A DNA stretch of 64,000 nt from Candidatus Eiseniibacteriota bacterium (GCA_963717935.1 CAVQXP010000004.1:1920001-1984000), one strand, 5' to 3'; positions 22,177 to 34,500 are shown, counted from the first letter of the stretch. A program made the numbers and translations. Notes: generated by a model not told the origin, from the letters alone.

Positions 22177-22921
22177 GTGCCCACGCGCATCCCGACGATC
22201 GAGGAAGTGAAGGCCGAGCGGGAACGTGCCCCGCCACGTCGCCATCATCATGGACGGCAACGGACGCTGGGCGAAGGCGCGCGGCGCGCCCCGGTTGATC
22301 GGCCATCGTGCGGCGCGCGAGGCGGTGCGCGAGGCGGTGCGCGGCTGCGCGGCGCTGGGGGTCGAAGTCCTCACGCTCTACACGTTTTCGACCGAGAACT
22401 GGAATCGCCCCGCGCGCGAGGTCTCGGCGCTGATGAGCATGCTGCGCGCGACTCTGCGGCACGAGCGGGCCGAGCTCAAGGCGAACAACGTGCGGCTGCA
22501 GGTCATCGGCCGCGTCTCGGATCTCCCGGCGCCCGTGCGGCGCGCGATCGAGGAGACGCAGCAGTACCTGGTCGGATCGACCGGGATGCTGCTGAACCTG
22601 GCGCTCTCCTACGGTGGCCGCGTCGAGCTGGTGGACGCCATCCGCCGCATGCTGGGCGAAGGCGCGGAGCGCCGCCTGCGGCCCCAGGACGTGGATGAGG
22701 AGCTGGTGGCGAGCTTCCTCTACACGGCGGGCCTGCCGGACCCGGACCTGCTCATCCGCACGAGCGGGGAGATGCGCATCTCGAACTTCATGCTCTGGCA
22801 GCTCGCCTACACGGAACTCTGGATCACCGACACGCTCTGGCCCGACTTCCGCCGCCGGCACCTGTTGCAGGCGATCGCAGAGTACCAGCGCCGGGAACGG
22901 CGCTTCGGCCGGGTGGACTGA
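22177..22921 (+). CDS. uppS: Undecaprenyl diphosphate synthase (frameshift near 22215)
   Basis: PRHVAIIMDGNGRW, FSTENW, RTSGEMRISNFMLWQ. Confidence 0.96.
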
Positions 22922-22922
22922 C

Positions 22923-23822
22923 GTGGATGACGCGCCCCGGCGCCCGGAGGGCGAGGGCAGGGCGGCCGAGGGCCGCACGAAGGGCTCGTCGTGGTCGCTG
23001 GGGCTGCGCATCGCGAGCGGCGTCGTGTTCGTGCCGCTGCTGGTGCTGCTGGCCCGGGCGGGGGGCTTCGCCTTCGCGGGGCTCGTCGCCCTCGAGGTGA
23101 CGTTCGGGTTGCGGGAATTCTACCGGATGATGCGGGGAAAGGGGCTGCGTCCTTACCCGCTCCTGGGGCTGTTGTGTGGCCTCGGCGTGGTATGGAAGAC
23201 CTTCCGCCCCCACCAGAGCCAGAGCGACCTGCTCCTGACCGGAGCGGTGCTGGTCACGCTGGGCCTCGGCCTGCGGCGCCCGGACCTGAAGGGCCGCATC
23301 GAGGGCATGGCCGTGACGCTCTTCGGCGTGCTCTACGTGGGCTGGCTCTCCGCGCACCTGGTCTTGTTGCGGGAACTCCCGTGGCGGGCGGGCATGCCGT
23401 ACGCCGACGGGTCCGCGTACGTGCTGCTCGCCTTCCTCCTGACGTGGAGCTGTGACACGGTTGCGTACGCGGTGGGCCGGGCCTTCGGGCGCACGCGGCC
23501 CTGGACGCGGATCTCCCCGCGCAAGTCCGTGGAGGGGGCGGTGGGGGGGTTGGTCGCGGCGGTGGTGGCGGCGTTCGTGGCGCGGGTCTGGTTCGCGCCG
23601 TTCCTGGGCCTGCGCGATGCCGCGGTGCTGGGTTTCGCTGTCGGCGTGTTCGCCCAGGTCGGCGATCTCGTCGAGTCCATGCTCAAGCGGGACGCGCGGC
23701 ACGGCGACTCGTCGGACATCATTCCCGGCCATGGCGGCATCCTCGACCGCTTCGACTCGCTCTACTTCGCCGCGCCGGTGGTGTTCTACTACCTCAAGAT
23801 CGTGGTCTTCCGGATCCCATGA
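22923..23822 (+). CDS. cdsA: Phosphatidate cytidylyltransferase
   Basis: ISPRKSVEG, GDLVESMLKR, DSSDIIPGHGGILDRFDS. Confidence 0.95.
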   Translation: MDDAPRRPEGEGRAAEGRTKGSSWSLGLRIASGVVFVPLLVLLARAGGFAFAGLVALEVTFGLREFYRMMRGKGLRPYPLLGLLCGLGVVWKTFRPHQSQSDLLLTGAVLVTLGLGLRRPDLKGRIEGMAVTLFGVLYVGWLSAHLVLLRELPWRAGMPYADGSAYVLLAFLLTWSCDTVAYAVGRAFGRTRPWTRISPRKSVEGAVGGLVAAVVAAFVARVWFAPFLGLRDAAVLGFAVGVFAQVGDLVESMLKRDARHGDSSDIIPGHGGILDRFDSLYFAAPVVFYYLKIVVFRIP

Positions 23823-24985
23823 GCGCGGCCCCGGCGAAGCGGCTGGCCGTGCTGGGCTCGACGGGCTCGATCGGGACGCAGGCGCTCGAGGTCGCGGCGC
23901 GTGAGCGCGGGCGCGTGCAGGTCGTGGCCCTCGCCGCCGGCCGCTCGCTGGAGGCCCTGGTGGCGCAGGCGCGCATCTGGCGGCCCGCGGCGTTGGCGCT
24001 CGAGGTGGCGGCGGACCCGCGGGCGGCGCGGGCCGCGCTCGCGGCCGCGGCCCCGGGGGCCAGCGTGGACGTGGGCCCGGGCGCGGCGGCGCGGGTGGCG
24101 GCGGAATGCGGCGCGGACGTGGTGCTGAACGGCATCGTGGGGTCGGCCGGGCTGCGTGCGTCGCTGGCGGTCCTGGGCCGCGGGGCACGGCTGGCGCTCG
24201 CCAACAAGGAGTCGCTGGTGGTGGGGGGGCCGCTCGTGAGGGCGGCGCTGGAGCGGGGCGGTGAGCTCATCCCCGTGGACAGCGAGCACAGCGCGGCGCT
24301 GCAGTGCCTGGGGGGGCGCCCGGCCCGGGAGGTCTTGCGCCTCACGCTCACGGCCTCGGGTGGCGCGCTGCGCGCTCATCCCGACTGGCGGCGCGCGACG
24401 CGCGAGGAGGTGCTGGCGCACCCGGTGTGGAACATGGGTCCGCGCATCACGGTGGATTCTGCGCTGCTGTTCAACAAGGGCCTCGAGCTGATCGAGGCCC
24501 AGGTGCTCTTCGGGCTCGACTGGGACCAACTCGGCGCGGTGCTCCACCCACAGACCCTGGTCCACGCCGTGGTCTCCTTCCGTGACGGCTCGTCGGTCGT
24601 CCAGGCGGCTGCCCCGGACATGAGGCTCCCGATCCAACTCGCACTCTCGTGGCCGGAGCGCTGGGGCGAGGCGGTGCGCCCGCTCGATCCGGTCGCGCTC
24701 GGGGGGCTCGAGTTCGCGCCCCTCCACGCCGACCGGTTCCCTGCCTTCGGTCTCGCGCTGGCCGCAGGACGGGCGGGGGGCACGGCTCCGTGCGCGCTCA
24801 ACGGGGCGGACGAGGTGGCCGTCGGCGCATTCCTGGACGGGGCGATCCCGCTCGAGCGGGTGCCGCAGATCGTCGCCCGGGTCCTCGAAGCGCACCGGAT
24901 GGAGGCCGTGGAGTCCGTGGAGCAGCTGGAGCTCGTGGACGCATGGGCGCGGAACGCGGCGCGCGCCGCCGTGGCGGCGCGATGA
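23819..24985 (+). CDS. dxr: 1-deoxy-D-xylulose-5-phosphate reductoisomerase
   Basis: LGSTGSIG, LANKESLV, PVDSEH, TASGG, HPVWNMG, NKGLELIEA. Confidence 0.97.
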   Translation: MSAAPAKRLAVLGSTGSIGTQALEVAARERGRVQVVALAAGRSLEALVAQARIWRPAALALEVAADPRAARAALAAAAPGASVDVGPGAAARVAAECGADVVLNGIVGSAGLRASLAVLGRGARLALANKESLVVGGPLVRAALERGGELIPVDSEHSAALQCLGGRPAREVLRLTLTASGGALRAHPDWRRATREEVLAHPVWNMGPRITVDSALLFNKGLELIEAQVLFGLDWDQLGAVLHPQTLVHAVVSFRDGSSVVQAAAPDMRLPIQLALSWPERWGEAVRPLDPVALGGLEFAPLHADRFPAFGLALAAGRAGGTAPCALNGADEVAVGAFLDGAIPLERVPQIVARVLEAHRMEAVESVEQLELVDAWARNAARAAVAAR

Positions 24986-25123
24986 GCGGGGGCCGTGCGC
25001 GCGCGATGGCCACGACGCTCCTGCCGTGCCGGGGCTGTGACCGCCCCTCGGGCCCGCGGAGGGAGCCGTCCGCGCTCGACCCGGCCCGTGCCGCGGGGCT
25101 CGCCCTCGAGCGTCCGGAGCGTC

Positions 25124-25906
25124 ATGGACGGTAAAGTGCCGGTCTCGGTCCTGCTGCTCGTGCGTGACGAGACGAGGCGAATCGAGGCGCTGATCCCGGC
25201 GCTCGCGTTCGCGCGTGAGGTGGTGGTGGTCTGGGATCCGCGCGGGAGCGAGGAGACGCGCGTGGTTGCTGAGCGCCTGGGCGCGCGCGTCTTCACGCGG
25301 GAGCTCGAGAGCTTCGGTGCGCAGCGGCAGTTCGCTCTGGCGCAGTGCCGTGAGAGCTGGGTCCTGTGGATCGATGCGGACGAGTGCCTGGATGAGACGG
25401 CCGTGACCGCGCTGGAGCGGCTGGCGGGCCTTCCGGTGGTGCAGGAGGGTGGCTTCGCTCTCGAGCGCCGAACCTACTTCCTCGGCCGCCGCATCCGCTT
25501 CTGCGGCTGGCGGGGCGAGGCCGTCGTGCGGGTCTTCCGGCGCGCGAGCGCCCGCTTCGACGACGCCCCGGTGCACGAGCGCGTGCTCGTGGAGGGACGC
25601 ATCGGACGACTGGCCGGAGTGCTCGAACACCACAGTTACGCCGACTGGGACGACTGCGTCCGCAAGCTCACGGTGTATGCGCAGGCCGGCGCGCAGAAGG
25701 CGCGGCGGGCCGGCCGCAGCGCGGGCGCGCTCGACGTGCTCCTGCGTCCGCCGCTGCGGTTCGTGCGGATGTACGTCCTGCAGCTGGGGTTCCTCGATGG
25801 CTTCCATGGCCTGCTGCTGTGCGCGCTCGCGGCGGCGCAGGTCTTCCTGAAGTACGCGGAGCTGTGGGCGTCGCGTCGCGATCGGACTCGCCCGGAGTCG
25901 CGATGA
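25124..25906 (+). CDS. Family 2 glycosyltransferase (WaaE/KdtX-like)
   Basis: FGAQRQFA, WVLWIDADE, VHE, GFLDGFHG. Confidence 0.85.
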   Translation: MDGKVPVSVLLLVRDETRRIEALIPALAFAREVVVVWDPRGSEETRVVAERLGARVFTRELESFGAQRQFALAQCRESWVLWIDADECLDETAVTALERLAGLPVVQEGGFALERRTYFLGRRIRFCGWRGEAVVRVFRRASARFDDAPVHERVLVEGRIGRLAGVLEHHSYADWDDCVRKLTVYAQAGAQKARRAGRSAGALDVLLRPPLRFVRMYVLQLGFLDGFHGLLLCALAAAQVFLKYAELWASRRDRTRPESR

Positions 25907-26985
25907 TGCGGCTCTGCTTCTTCGGCGCGTGGGACCCGTCCTACCCGCGCAACCGGATCCTGCGGGAAGGGCTGAGGCGCGCCGGGGTGGAGGTGCTCGA
26001 GGCGCGGGTGCGCGAGCGCCGCGCGTTCCGGCGCTATCCGGCGCTGCTCGCTGCGTTCGCGCGCTCGGCCCGCGCGGCGGACGTGCTGCTCGTGCCCGAG
26101 TTCCGTCACAAGGACATGCCGCTCGCGCGGCTGCTCGCGGGCCGCCGCCGGCTGGTCTTCGACCCGCTGGTCTCGCGTCACGACACCCTGGTGGGGGACT
26201 GGGGCCTGCACGCGGCGGGCTCGCCGCAGGCGCGCTGGAACCGGTGGCTGGACCGCTGGTCGCTCTCACTCGCGGACCTCGTGCTCTGCGACACCTGGGC
26301 GCACGGCGAGCTGTACGAGTCGCTGGGCGTGCCGCGCGGCCGGCTGCGGCGCGTGCTGGTGGGGGCGGAGGACGCGTTCTTCAGGGTCGGCACGGCGGTC
26401 CCGGCGCCGGCCGCGGGGCCGGTGCGGGTGGTCTACGTCGGTGGGTTCCTGCCGCTGCACGGCACGCGGATCGTGGTCGAAGCCGTGGCGCTGCTGGAGC
26501 GGACCGTGGGGAGCCTGCCGGAGTTCCAGGTCGAGATGGCGGGCCGGGGGATCGAGTGGGAGGCGGCCCGGGAGCGGGCCCGGGAGCTGGGCGTGCGTCG
26601 CGTCTCTTTCACCGGGGGGGTGCCGTATGCGGAGGCGCCGCGCGTGCTGGCTGCCGCTCATGTCGTGCTGGGGGCGTTCGGGGCCGGAGTGAAGGCGGGG
26701 CGCGTCATCCCGCACAAGGTCTACCAGGGGCTCGCGGCGGGGCGCGCCGTGTTGACCGGCGACGGCGCCGGGTTGCGCGAGGTGTGCGAGCCTGGCCGGC
26801 ACGTGGCCGCCGTTCCGCGAGGGGATCCGGAGGCGCTGGCGGAGCAGCTGGCGCGCCTGATCGGGGGCGCGGAGGAGCGCGGGGCGCTGGCGCGTGCGGG
26901 GCATGCCCTGGCTCTCGAGGTCGCCACGCCGGACCGTGTGGGCGCGAGCCTGATCGAGGCGCTGACGGAACGGGGGACGCCGTGA
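25903..26985 (+). CDS. Family 4 (GT-B) glycosyltransferase
   Basis: YPRNRIL, GGFLPLHG, IPHKVYQGLAAG, GDPEALA. Confidence 0.8.
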   Translation: MMRLCFFGAWDPSYPRNRILREGLRRAGVEVLEARVRERRAFRRYPALLAAFARSARAADVLLVPEFRHKDMPLARLLAGRRRLVFDPLVSRHDTLVGDWGLHAAGSPQARWNRWLDRWSLSLADLVLCDTWAHGELYESLGVPRGRLRRVLVGAEDAFFRVGTAVPAPAAGPVRVVYVGGFLPLHGTRIVVEAVALLERTVGSLPEFQVEMAGRGIEWEAARERARELGVRRVSFTGGVPYAEAPRVLAAAHVVLGAFGAGVKAGRVIPHKVYQGLAAGRAVLTGDGAGLREVCEPGRHVAAVPRGDPEALAEQLARLIGGAEERGALARAGHALALEVATPDRVGASLIEALTERGTP

Positions 26986-28091
26986 GGGTGGCGCATCTGG
27001 ACACGGGGCGCACCTGGCGAGGCGGTCAGGCCCAGGTGCTGCACCTGATGCGCGGGCTCGCGGCCCGCGGGCACGGCTGCCTGCTGCTGGCGCCCGGCGG
27101 GCCGCTGCTCGAGCGGGCCCGCGCGCTGGGGGCCGAAGTCGAGCGCTGGCCCACGCTGGGCGAGTGGGACGTGTCGGGCATCCTGAGGGCGGCGGCGGCG
27201 CTGCGCCGCTTCGGTCCCGAGGTCGCGCATTGTCACAGCGCGCACGCCCACGCCCTGGGGATCCCGGCGGCCCGGCTGGCGCGCGTCCCGGTCGCGGTGG
27301 TGTCGCGGCGCGTGGATTTCACGGTCGCGCGGAACCCGTTCAGCCGGCTCAAGTACCGGCTGCCGGTGGATCGCTACCTCTGCATCAGTCGCGGCGTGAT
27401 GGAGGTGATGGCCGCGGCGGGGGTCCCCGCGTCGCGGCTCGCGCTCGTGCCCAGCGGCGTGGAACTGCCCGCGACGGGGGCCGGGCCCGCAAGGGCGCCG
27501 GCGGCGGACCTGCGCGCGCTCCTGGGTGTGGCGCCGGTCGCTCCGGTGGTGGGGACGGTGGCGGCGCTCGCGCCCCACAAGGACCATGCGACCCTGCTGC
27601 GGGCCGCGGCGAAGGTGATCGCGCGGCGGCCGGACGTGCACTTCGCCTGGGTGGGTGAGGGGGAGTGCCGGGTCGCGCTCGAGCGGCAGCGCGCCGATCT
27701 CGGTCTCGAGACGAACGTGCACCTTGTCGGGTTCCGCGCGGACGCGGTCGGGTTGCTCGCGCAGTTCACGGTGTTCGCGCTCTCCTCGTACCTGGAAGGG
27801 CTGTGCACGTCGCTGCTGGACGCGCAGTCACTGGGCGTGCCGATCGTGGCGACGGCGGTGGGGGGAGTGCCGGACGTGGTCGAGGATCGGGCGACGGGGA
27901 GGCTCGTGCCGGGGCGCGACCCGGAGGCACTGGCGCGGGCGCTGCTCGACGCGCTCGATCGGCCCGAGGAGGGCCGCGAGTGGGCGGGGCGGGCGCGTGA
28001 CTCCGTGCGGCGCTTCAGCGTGGACCGGATGGTGGAGCGCACGCTCGAGGAGTACGGCCTGGCCCTGCGGCAGCGGGGCGCGAGCGGATGA
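26982..28091 (+). CDS. Family 4 (GT-B) glycosyltransferase
   Basis: TWRGGQAQV, PHKDHATL, SSYLEGLCTSLLDA, VGGVPD. Confidence 0.85.
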   Translation: MRVAHLDTGRTWRGGQAQVLHLMRGLAARGHGCLLLAPGGPLLERARALGAEVERWPTLGEWDVSGILRAAAALRRFGPEVAHCHSAHAHALGIPAARLARVPVAVVSRRVDFTVARNPFSRLKYRLPVDRYLCISRGVMEVMAAAGVPASRLALVPSGVELPATGAGPARAPAADLRALLGVAPVAPVVGTVAALAPHKDHATLLRAAAKVIARRPDVHFAWVGEGECRVALERQRADLGLETNVHLVGFRADAVGLLAQFTVFALSSYLEGLCTSLLDAQSLGVPIVATAVGGVPDVVEDRATGRLVPGRDPEALARALLDALDRPEEGREWAGRARDSVRRFSVDRMVERTLEEYGLALRQRGASG

Positions 28092-28130
28092 GGTGCGGTG
28101 GGTGACGCCAAAGCCCCGCGTGAGCGGCGC

Positions 28131-28160
28131 TTGACCCCCTCCGCCGGAGCGCGATAGCCT
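28131..28160 (+). promoter_or_regulatory. Putative sigma70 promoter of rseP-tamA-tamB
   Basis: TTGACC-18 nt-TAGCCT. Confidence 0.55.
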
Positions 28161-28192
28161 GCGGGAAACCGGCCCCTTAGAAGGGAACTCTC

Positions 28193-29576
28193 TTGCACTG
28201 GATGAGCGTCGTGAAGGCTGTCGGCCCCGGCGTCGTGCTGCTGGGCCTCGTCATCTTCGTCCACGAGTTCGGGCACTTCCTGGCCGCCAAGCTGCGCGGG
28301 GTCCGCGTCACGCGGTTCTCCATGGGATTCGGGCCCGCCATGCTCCGCACGACTCGCGGCGAGACCGAGTACCGGCTCGCCTGGTTCCCCCTGGGTGGCT
28401 ATGTCCAGATGGCGGGGGACAGCCCGGGCGAGGACGGCAGCATGCCTGGTGGGCGGGATGAGTTCCTCTCGCACCCGTGGGTGGGGCGGCTCCTCATCGC
28501 GGTGGCGGGCCCGCTCGCGAACCTGATCACCGCCTTCGTCGTGATGGTCTCGGTGGGGCTCGTCGGGGTCCAGTACCCCGACTACGCCAGCCGGCTCGGC
28601 GTCACGCCCGACACCAGCCAGGCGTTCCTGGCGGGCCTGCGCGAAGGGGACCGCGTGGTGGAGGTGGGTGGGCGGCCGGTGAAGTCCTGGATCGAGATCT
28701 TCACCGTGAGCGAGCGCCAGCCGAAGGGTCGTCCGCTGCCGGTGCTCGTCCAGCGGGGGGCTGCGCTGCTCTCGATCACGCTCCCTGCGGAGCGGCGGGA
28801 GCCCGTGCTCTTGAGTCTGCGCCGTCCCTCCGACCCGCCCGTGGTGGGGGTGGTGGTGACCGGGATGCCGGCCTACAAGGCGGGGATCAAGGAGGGCGAC
28901 CTCATCCTCGCGGTGAACGGCAGGCCCGTCCGCGTGTGGGAGGATCTGCCGGCGGCGCTCCAGGGCCAGACGGACATCCCGGTGCAACTGCGGGTGCGGC
29001 GCGGTGGGCAGGTCTTCGACCTGAGCGTGACGCCCATGAGCTCCGGCGAGGGGCCGGCGGCCGGGGGCCGTATCGGCATCGAGGCCCCGCGGCACGGCGT
29101 GTACGTCGAACGGCACAGCCTGATCGAGTCGGTGGACATGGGTTTCCGCGCCACCGGCGCCCTGGTGGTCAACGTGTACGCCGGCATGTGGCTCACGGTG
29201 AGCCGCCCGCTGTACTACCGCGAATACCTCGGGCGGCCCGCTCTTCATCGCCCAGGCAGCCAGCCAGCAGGCGCGGCGCGGGCTCGACTCGTACCTGCAG
29301 TTCCTCGCCATGATCAACATCGCCGATCATGGCATTCAACCTGCTGCCCATCCCCATCCTCGACGGCGGTCACATCGTGCTCGCCCTGCTGCGAGGGCGT
29401 GCGGCGGCAGGCCATCTCGGCGCGCGGTTACATCCGGTTCCAGAAGGTCGGGCTGGTGGTGATCGGCGCGCTCTTCATCATGATCCTGGCGAACGACCCG
29501 CTGCGGTGGCTGCAGCGCCAGCACGCGCTCGGCCGGGCTCCCCAGGAGAGAGACGGTTGCCCCGTCCCCACCCTAG
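28193..29576 (+). CDS. rseP: RIP metalloprotease RseP with two PDZ domains (frameshifts in the 3' part)
   Basis: HEFGH, FPLGGYV, AGPLAN, two PDZ domains, NLLPIPILDGGH. Confidence 0.93.
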
Positions 29577-31521
29577 GGTCCGTGCGCGGGACGCGAGCCG
29601 GGCGGGCGCCGCGCTGCTGGGGCTCCTCTTGTCCCTGGCTGGGCCCGCCGCTTCGGGCGGCGACCTCGAGAGCCAGCTCAAGACGGTCGCCGCCGTGGGG
29701 CTGCGTGGCCGGCACTCGGTCAGCGCCCGCGAGATCCGCGCGGTCCTCAAGACCCGGCCGCCGTCGTTCTGGCCGTGGGCGGAGCGCCGGCCGCTGCGCA
29801 CGGACTTCCTGGATGCGGATTGCGCGGCCGTCGAGGCGGTCTACCATCAGCACGGGTTCCTGGACGTCGCGGTGCGCGACAGCCTGCTGCCGGTGCGGGA
29901 TCCGGGCCGCGTGCGGGTGCTGTTCCTGATCCGGGAGGGCCCGCGTTCGCGCATCGTCAGCGTGGACTTCGAAGGGGTGCGGGCAGTGCCGCAGGAGGCG
30001 CTGCGCCGCGCGCTCTACGCGCGGCCCGCGCCGGCCGTTCAACCCGGCCTACCTGGTCGCCGACACGGCGATCATCGCGCGGCAGGAGGGCGAGCACGGG
30101 CACCTGCCGCGCGTGGTCGGCACGGCGCGGCGCGACGAGCGGGACTCGCTGCGGCGTGCACGTGGTCTACCGGGTGGACGAGGGGCCGGCGTTACCGGGT
30201 GGGGGCGGTGCACGTCGTGAGCCCGGAGACCCTGCGCGTGAGCGAGCGGCTCGTGCGACGCGAGTTGCTGCTCAAGCCAGGGAGCGTCTACCGGCAGTCG
30301 AAGGTGGAGGAGTCCGAGGAGCGGCTCTACGAGACCGGGCTCTTCAGCGAGGCCCAGGTCAGTCCGCAGCCCGACTCCACGAACAGCCGGATGGAGTTCT
30401 TCGTGCGCGTGCGGGGGCGCAAGCTGCGATGGCTGGACGCCGGGGTGGGCAGCGGCACGCAGGAGCGCCTGCGCTTCGAGGGGGAGTGGGGGCACCGCAA
30501 CCTCGGCAAGCACGGCCTGCAGGGGTTGCTCGGCGCGCGCCTCGCGCTCGACAAGAACGCGAGGTTCCTGCTGTCGCGGGGGGAGGTGTCCGTGCTGGAG
30601 CCCTGGCTGCTCGGCACGCGCAACCGGGCCCAGGTGACGGTCTACGCGGAGAGGCGCAAGGACTTCCGCATCGACACGCTCGAGATCGAGAAGCGGGCGC
30701 GGGGTGTCGCTTTCCAGGTGCAGCGGGGCTTCGGCCGGCTCACCTACGTGCGGCTCACGCAGGACAACACCTGGGTGGTGGAGCAGAAACCTGACCTTCC
30801 TCAATCCGAGCCTCTCAGCGGCGATCCGCGACAGCCTGCTGAAGGGCTTCCTGCCGTCGTACTCGACGCACCGCCTGCAGTTGTCCGGAGTGCGTGACCG
30901 CCGCGACAACCCGCTCAGCACCGCGCGCGGGAACCTGCAGGTGGCCTCGGCCGAGCTGGCGGGCGGGCCGTTCAAGGGCTCCACCAGCTTCACGCAAGTT
31001 CCAGGTCAGCTCCTCCTGGTTCACGCCGCTGCGCCGCCCGGGCTGGGTGTTGGCGGCGCGTGCGCGTGGCGGGCTGGTGAAGCCCTTCGGCGAGCGCCAG
31101 GACTTCGTCCCGTCGGCGGACGTGGATCGCGAGGTCGCGCGCGTCCCGACCGAGGACGTGTTCCGCCTGGGCGGCGTGAACTCGGTCCGCGGCTACGCCG
31201 AGAACGAGATCGCGCCCGCGGGCGGGCTCGCCCTGTTGAACGCCAACCTGGAGCTGCGCGTGCCGGTGGTGGGCCTCTTCGGGTTGGAAGCTGTTCGTGG
31301 ACGCCGGGAACGTCTGGGCACGCCCCGAGTTCATCCAGGCAGCGGATTTCACGCCGCGCCTCGGGCGGGCACAGCTGGACGCCGGCGACGTGCGGTACGT
31401 CTACGGCGTCGGGGGCCGGTTCAACCTGGCGTTCGCGCCCGTGCGCCTGGACGTGGCCTGGGGCGCTCAGGCCGGACACCGCGCCGGCAGCCTCCAGTTC
31501 GCCGTCGGTCCCACCTTCTGA
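29557..31521 (+). CDS. tamA: TamA-like Omp85 protein with three POTRA domains (multiple frameshifts)
   Basis: Signal peptide, three POTRA-like units (IREGPR; VDEG; LYETGLFS), LGGVNSVRGY lid motif, C-terminal LQFAVGPTF; directly followed by tamB. Confidence 0.78.
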
Positions 31522-34500
31522 TGACCATGAGCCCTTCCGACCCGCACGGCCCGCACGAGCCCCCCGGGGGCGAGGACGGGCATCCACCGCGGCACGGGGG
31601 CGTGGTCGAGACGCTCCGGGAGGAGGTCCAGGAGCTGCACGACCGCGTCGAGGACGCGGTGGAACACGCGCTGCCGCAGAAGGCCCGCTGGTCAGCGGGA
31701 CGCATCGCCTGGCTCATCGTGCTCTCCACCATCGGCCTCGTCGTGGTGCTGGTCGCGGGCGGACTGGCCTGGGTGACGCGGCACACGGAGTACGTCGCCG
31801 GGCACCTCACCGTGGTCGTGAACCGCGTGCTGGCCGACCACAGCAACCTCGTGCTCGAGGTGAGGGACGTGCGCGGGAACGCCTTCCGGAGCGTGACCAT
31901 CGTGGAGCCGCGGCTGCGCATCCGTGGGGACGCGGGCCCGGCCCTGCTCGAAGCTCGCTCGATGGCGCTGCGCTACGCGCCCTGGGCCCTGGCCTTCGGC
32001 AACCGCCGTTCGCTCGAGATCGGGCTGGACCGGCCGGTCGTCCACCTGGCGCGGGGGCGGGACGGGAAGCTCCGGCTGCCGCAGTGGCGCTCGGGCCCGG
32101 CGGGGCGGGGCCCGGCCCGGGAGTTCGACGTGCGGTTGTCGGTGAGCGACGGCGAGGTGCACCTGCCTGATTCGAGCCATGACGTCCGCGGCCTGGCACT
32201 TCGCGCCCGCGCCGTCCTGGGGAAGCAGGACAAGATCGAGGTGCAGCGCATGAGCTGGGCGCGGGGTCCGCTGGCCACGAGGCTCGAAGTGCTGCGCGGA
32301 CGCCTCGTCGCCAGCGACAGCACGCGCTTCGAACTCCAGGAGCTGCGCACGCCCGACCTGGAGCTCTCGGCCTCGGGCGGTTGGCATCGTGGGGCGCAGG
32401 CGCGCTTCGCCACGGTGGACCTCGATCGCGTGCGCTGGCGGTGGCTCGCGAAGGTGTTCGTGAACGAGCTGTTCGACGTGCCCGGCGAGGGCGGCGGACA
32501 TTTCGACGTGCGCTTCGATCGCGCGGTCAGCGGTACGGGCGTGGCCGAGGGCGTCTGGGACAGCGTCCCGCTCAAGGTCCGGGCCGGCTTCCGCTGGGAA
32601 GGCGGCCAGCTCACGGTCGCGCCGCTCGACGGCACCTCCCCGGCGGGCGCGTTTCGCGGGCGCGTGGTGTACACGGCGAGGAACCTCGATCTGCGCGGTC
32701 ACGTCACGCACGGGAACCCGCTCTTCTGGCATGCGATCGGTCTTGGGGGCTGGCCGGCCGGCGACCTGACGGGGGAGATGCGGTACTGGTCGTGGCGTGA
32801 GGCACCGGCCGGCTCGCGCTTCGAAGGGGACCTCGGGGTCTCGGAGCTGGCGGGCTGGCGGGCGGACTCGGCGCGCGTCCGGGTCGACGCGCCGTCGCAG
32901 GCGCCCGGCACGTTCGAGGTCGTGATGACCCGCCGCGGCGGCCGCGTCGAACTCGACGCGGCCATGGACCGCGGAAGCTGGCAGGGCACCTGGCAGGCCA
33001 CGCGGTTCCCGCTCGACGAGTGGCCGGACGGGCGGGCCACGGGCATCAGGGGCATGCTGGGCGAAGGGCGCGGGACCGCGGAGAGCCGGGGCGGCGCGCT
33101 GCGGGTTGCGGGCACGCTCGCGGGCAACCCGGCGGAGTGGCTCGGTCTCCGGGCCGCGTCGTGGCGGCTCGGGGAGGTGAGCGGCGCGCTGCTGCCGAAG
33201 CCCGACCTCGAGTTGCGCGACGTGGGACTGCGGGACGTGCTCTTCCTGGGAGTGCACTTCGACAGCGTGCGCGCCGTCGTGCACGTGGGCGACGGGGAGG
33301 CGCGGCTCGAGCAGGTGACGGCCGCCGGGGGCGACACGGTGGTGACGGTGGCGGGCACGAGCCGCTGGGGAAAGGCGGGCTGGGGGACGACGCTGGAGCG
33401 GGCCGAGGCCCGCAGCGGACAGTTCGGCTGGGTCGCGGAGAGCCCGCTCGAACTGGCGGGCGACGCGGAGGGCGTGACGTTCCGGCGCTTCGCGGCGCGC
33501 GACAGCGCGGCGCGCCTCGAGATCACGGGCCGCTGGGCCGCCCCGGGCGGCAGCTACGACTGGACGGGCCGCGCCACGGGCCTCGATCTGCACCGCCTGG
33601 GGCTCCCGCTCGACTGGGACCTGGCCGGGACGGCGGATGCCGTCCTCACGGTCACGGGCCGCGCGGGCGATCCGCGCTGGGCGCTCGAAGGCCGCGCACT
33701 GCGGCCGGGCGCGCAGGGCCACCGGGGCGACTCGCTGCGCATCGCCCTCGCGGGCGCGCCTTCGCAGTTGACGGTCCGGGACTTCGTCTACCGGCTCGGG
33801 GCCGGCTCGCTGCAGGCGAACGTGGCGTTCGAGGGGACGGGCCACGCGTGGCCGGACACGCTCACGGGCGACGGCGTGACGCGCTGGCTCTCGACCGCAG
33901 CCGCCTGGAGCGGGCGTGTGAGCGCGAGGGACTTCCCGCTCGACCGACTCGACCGGCTGGTGCCGGGCGCACGGGGCCTGTCGGGCCGGCTGGCGGGCGT
34001 GCTGGACCTGTCGGGGCGGCCGGCCGCGCCGGTGCTCGGCCTGAGCGCGGAGGCGGCGCCGTTGGCGTGGGACAGTCTGGCGGCCGAGCACGTAGTGCTG
34101 CGGGCGAAGTTCCGGGACGAGCGCCTCGAGGTGCCGGAGTTGCGCCTGGCGCGCGCGAGCAGCGTATCGACTGCATCGGGGAGCATGCCGCTGCGGCTCG
34201 CGCTCGGCGCACTGCCCGTCGTGCCGGAAGCGCCCATGAACTGGCGGGTGGACCTGGAGAACGGGGATCTCGCGATCCTGCCGCAGCTGGTGCCGCAGGC
34301 CGCGGCCGCCCGCGGCCGTCTCGATCTGCACGCCGCGGTGGGCGGCACGCCGCGGCACCCGGACCTCAACGGGACCGCGGCCGTGCGCGAAGGCCAGATG
34401 CTCATCTCCGGCCGCAGCGAGTTGATCGAGGGCCTGCGGGCCGACTTCCGGCTGGAGGAGACGCGCATCACGATGGACAGCCTGTTCGCGCGTTCGGGCC

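Noticed and set aside
24982..25134. Short ORF with CxxC between dxr and the GT2 gene
   Set aside because: Low-complexity sequence with no family; may be a frameshifted GT2 N-terminus or non-coding
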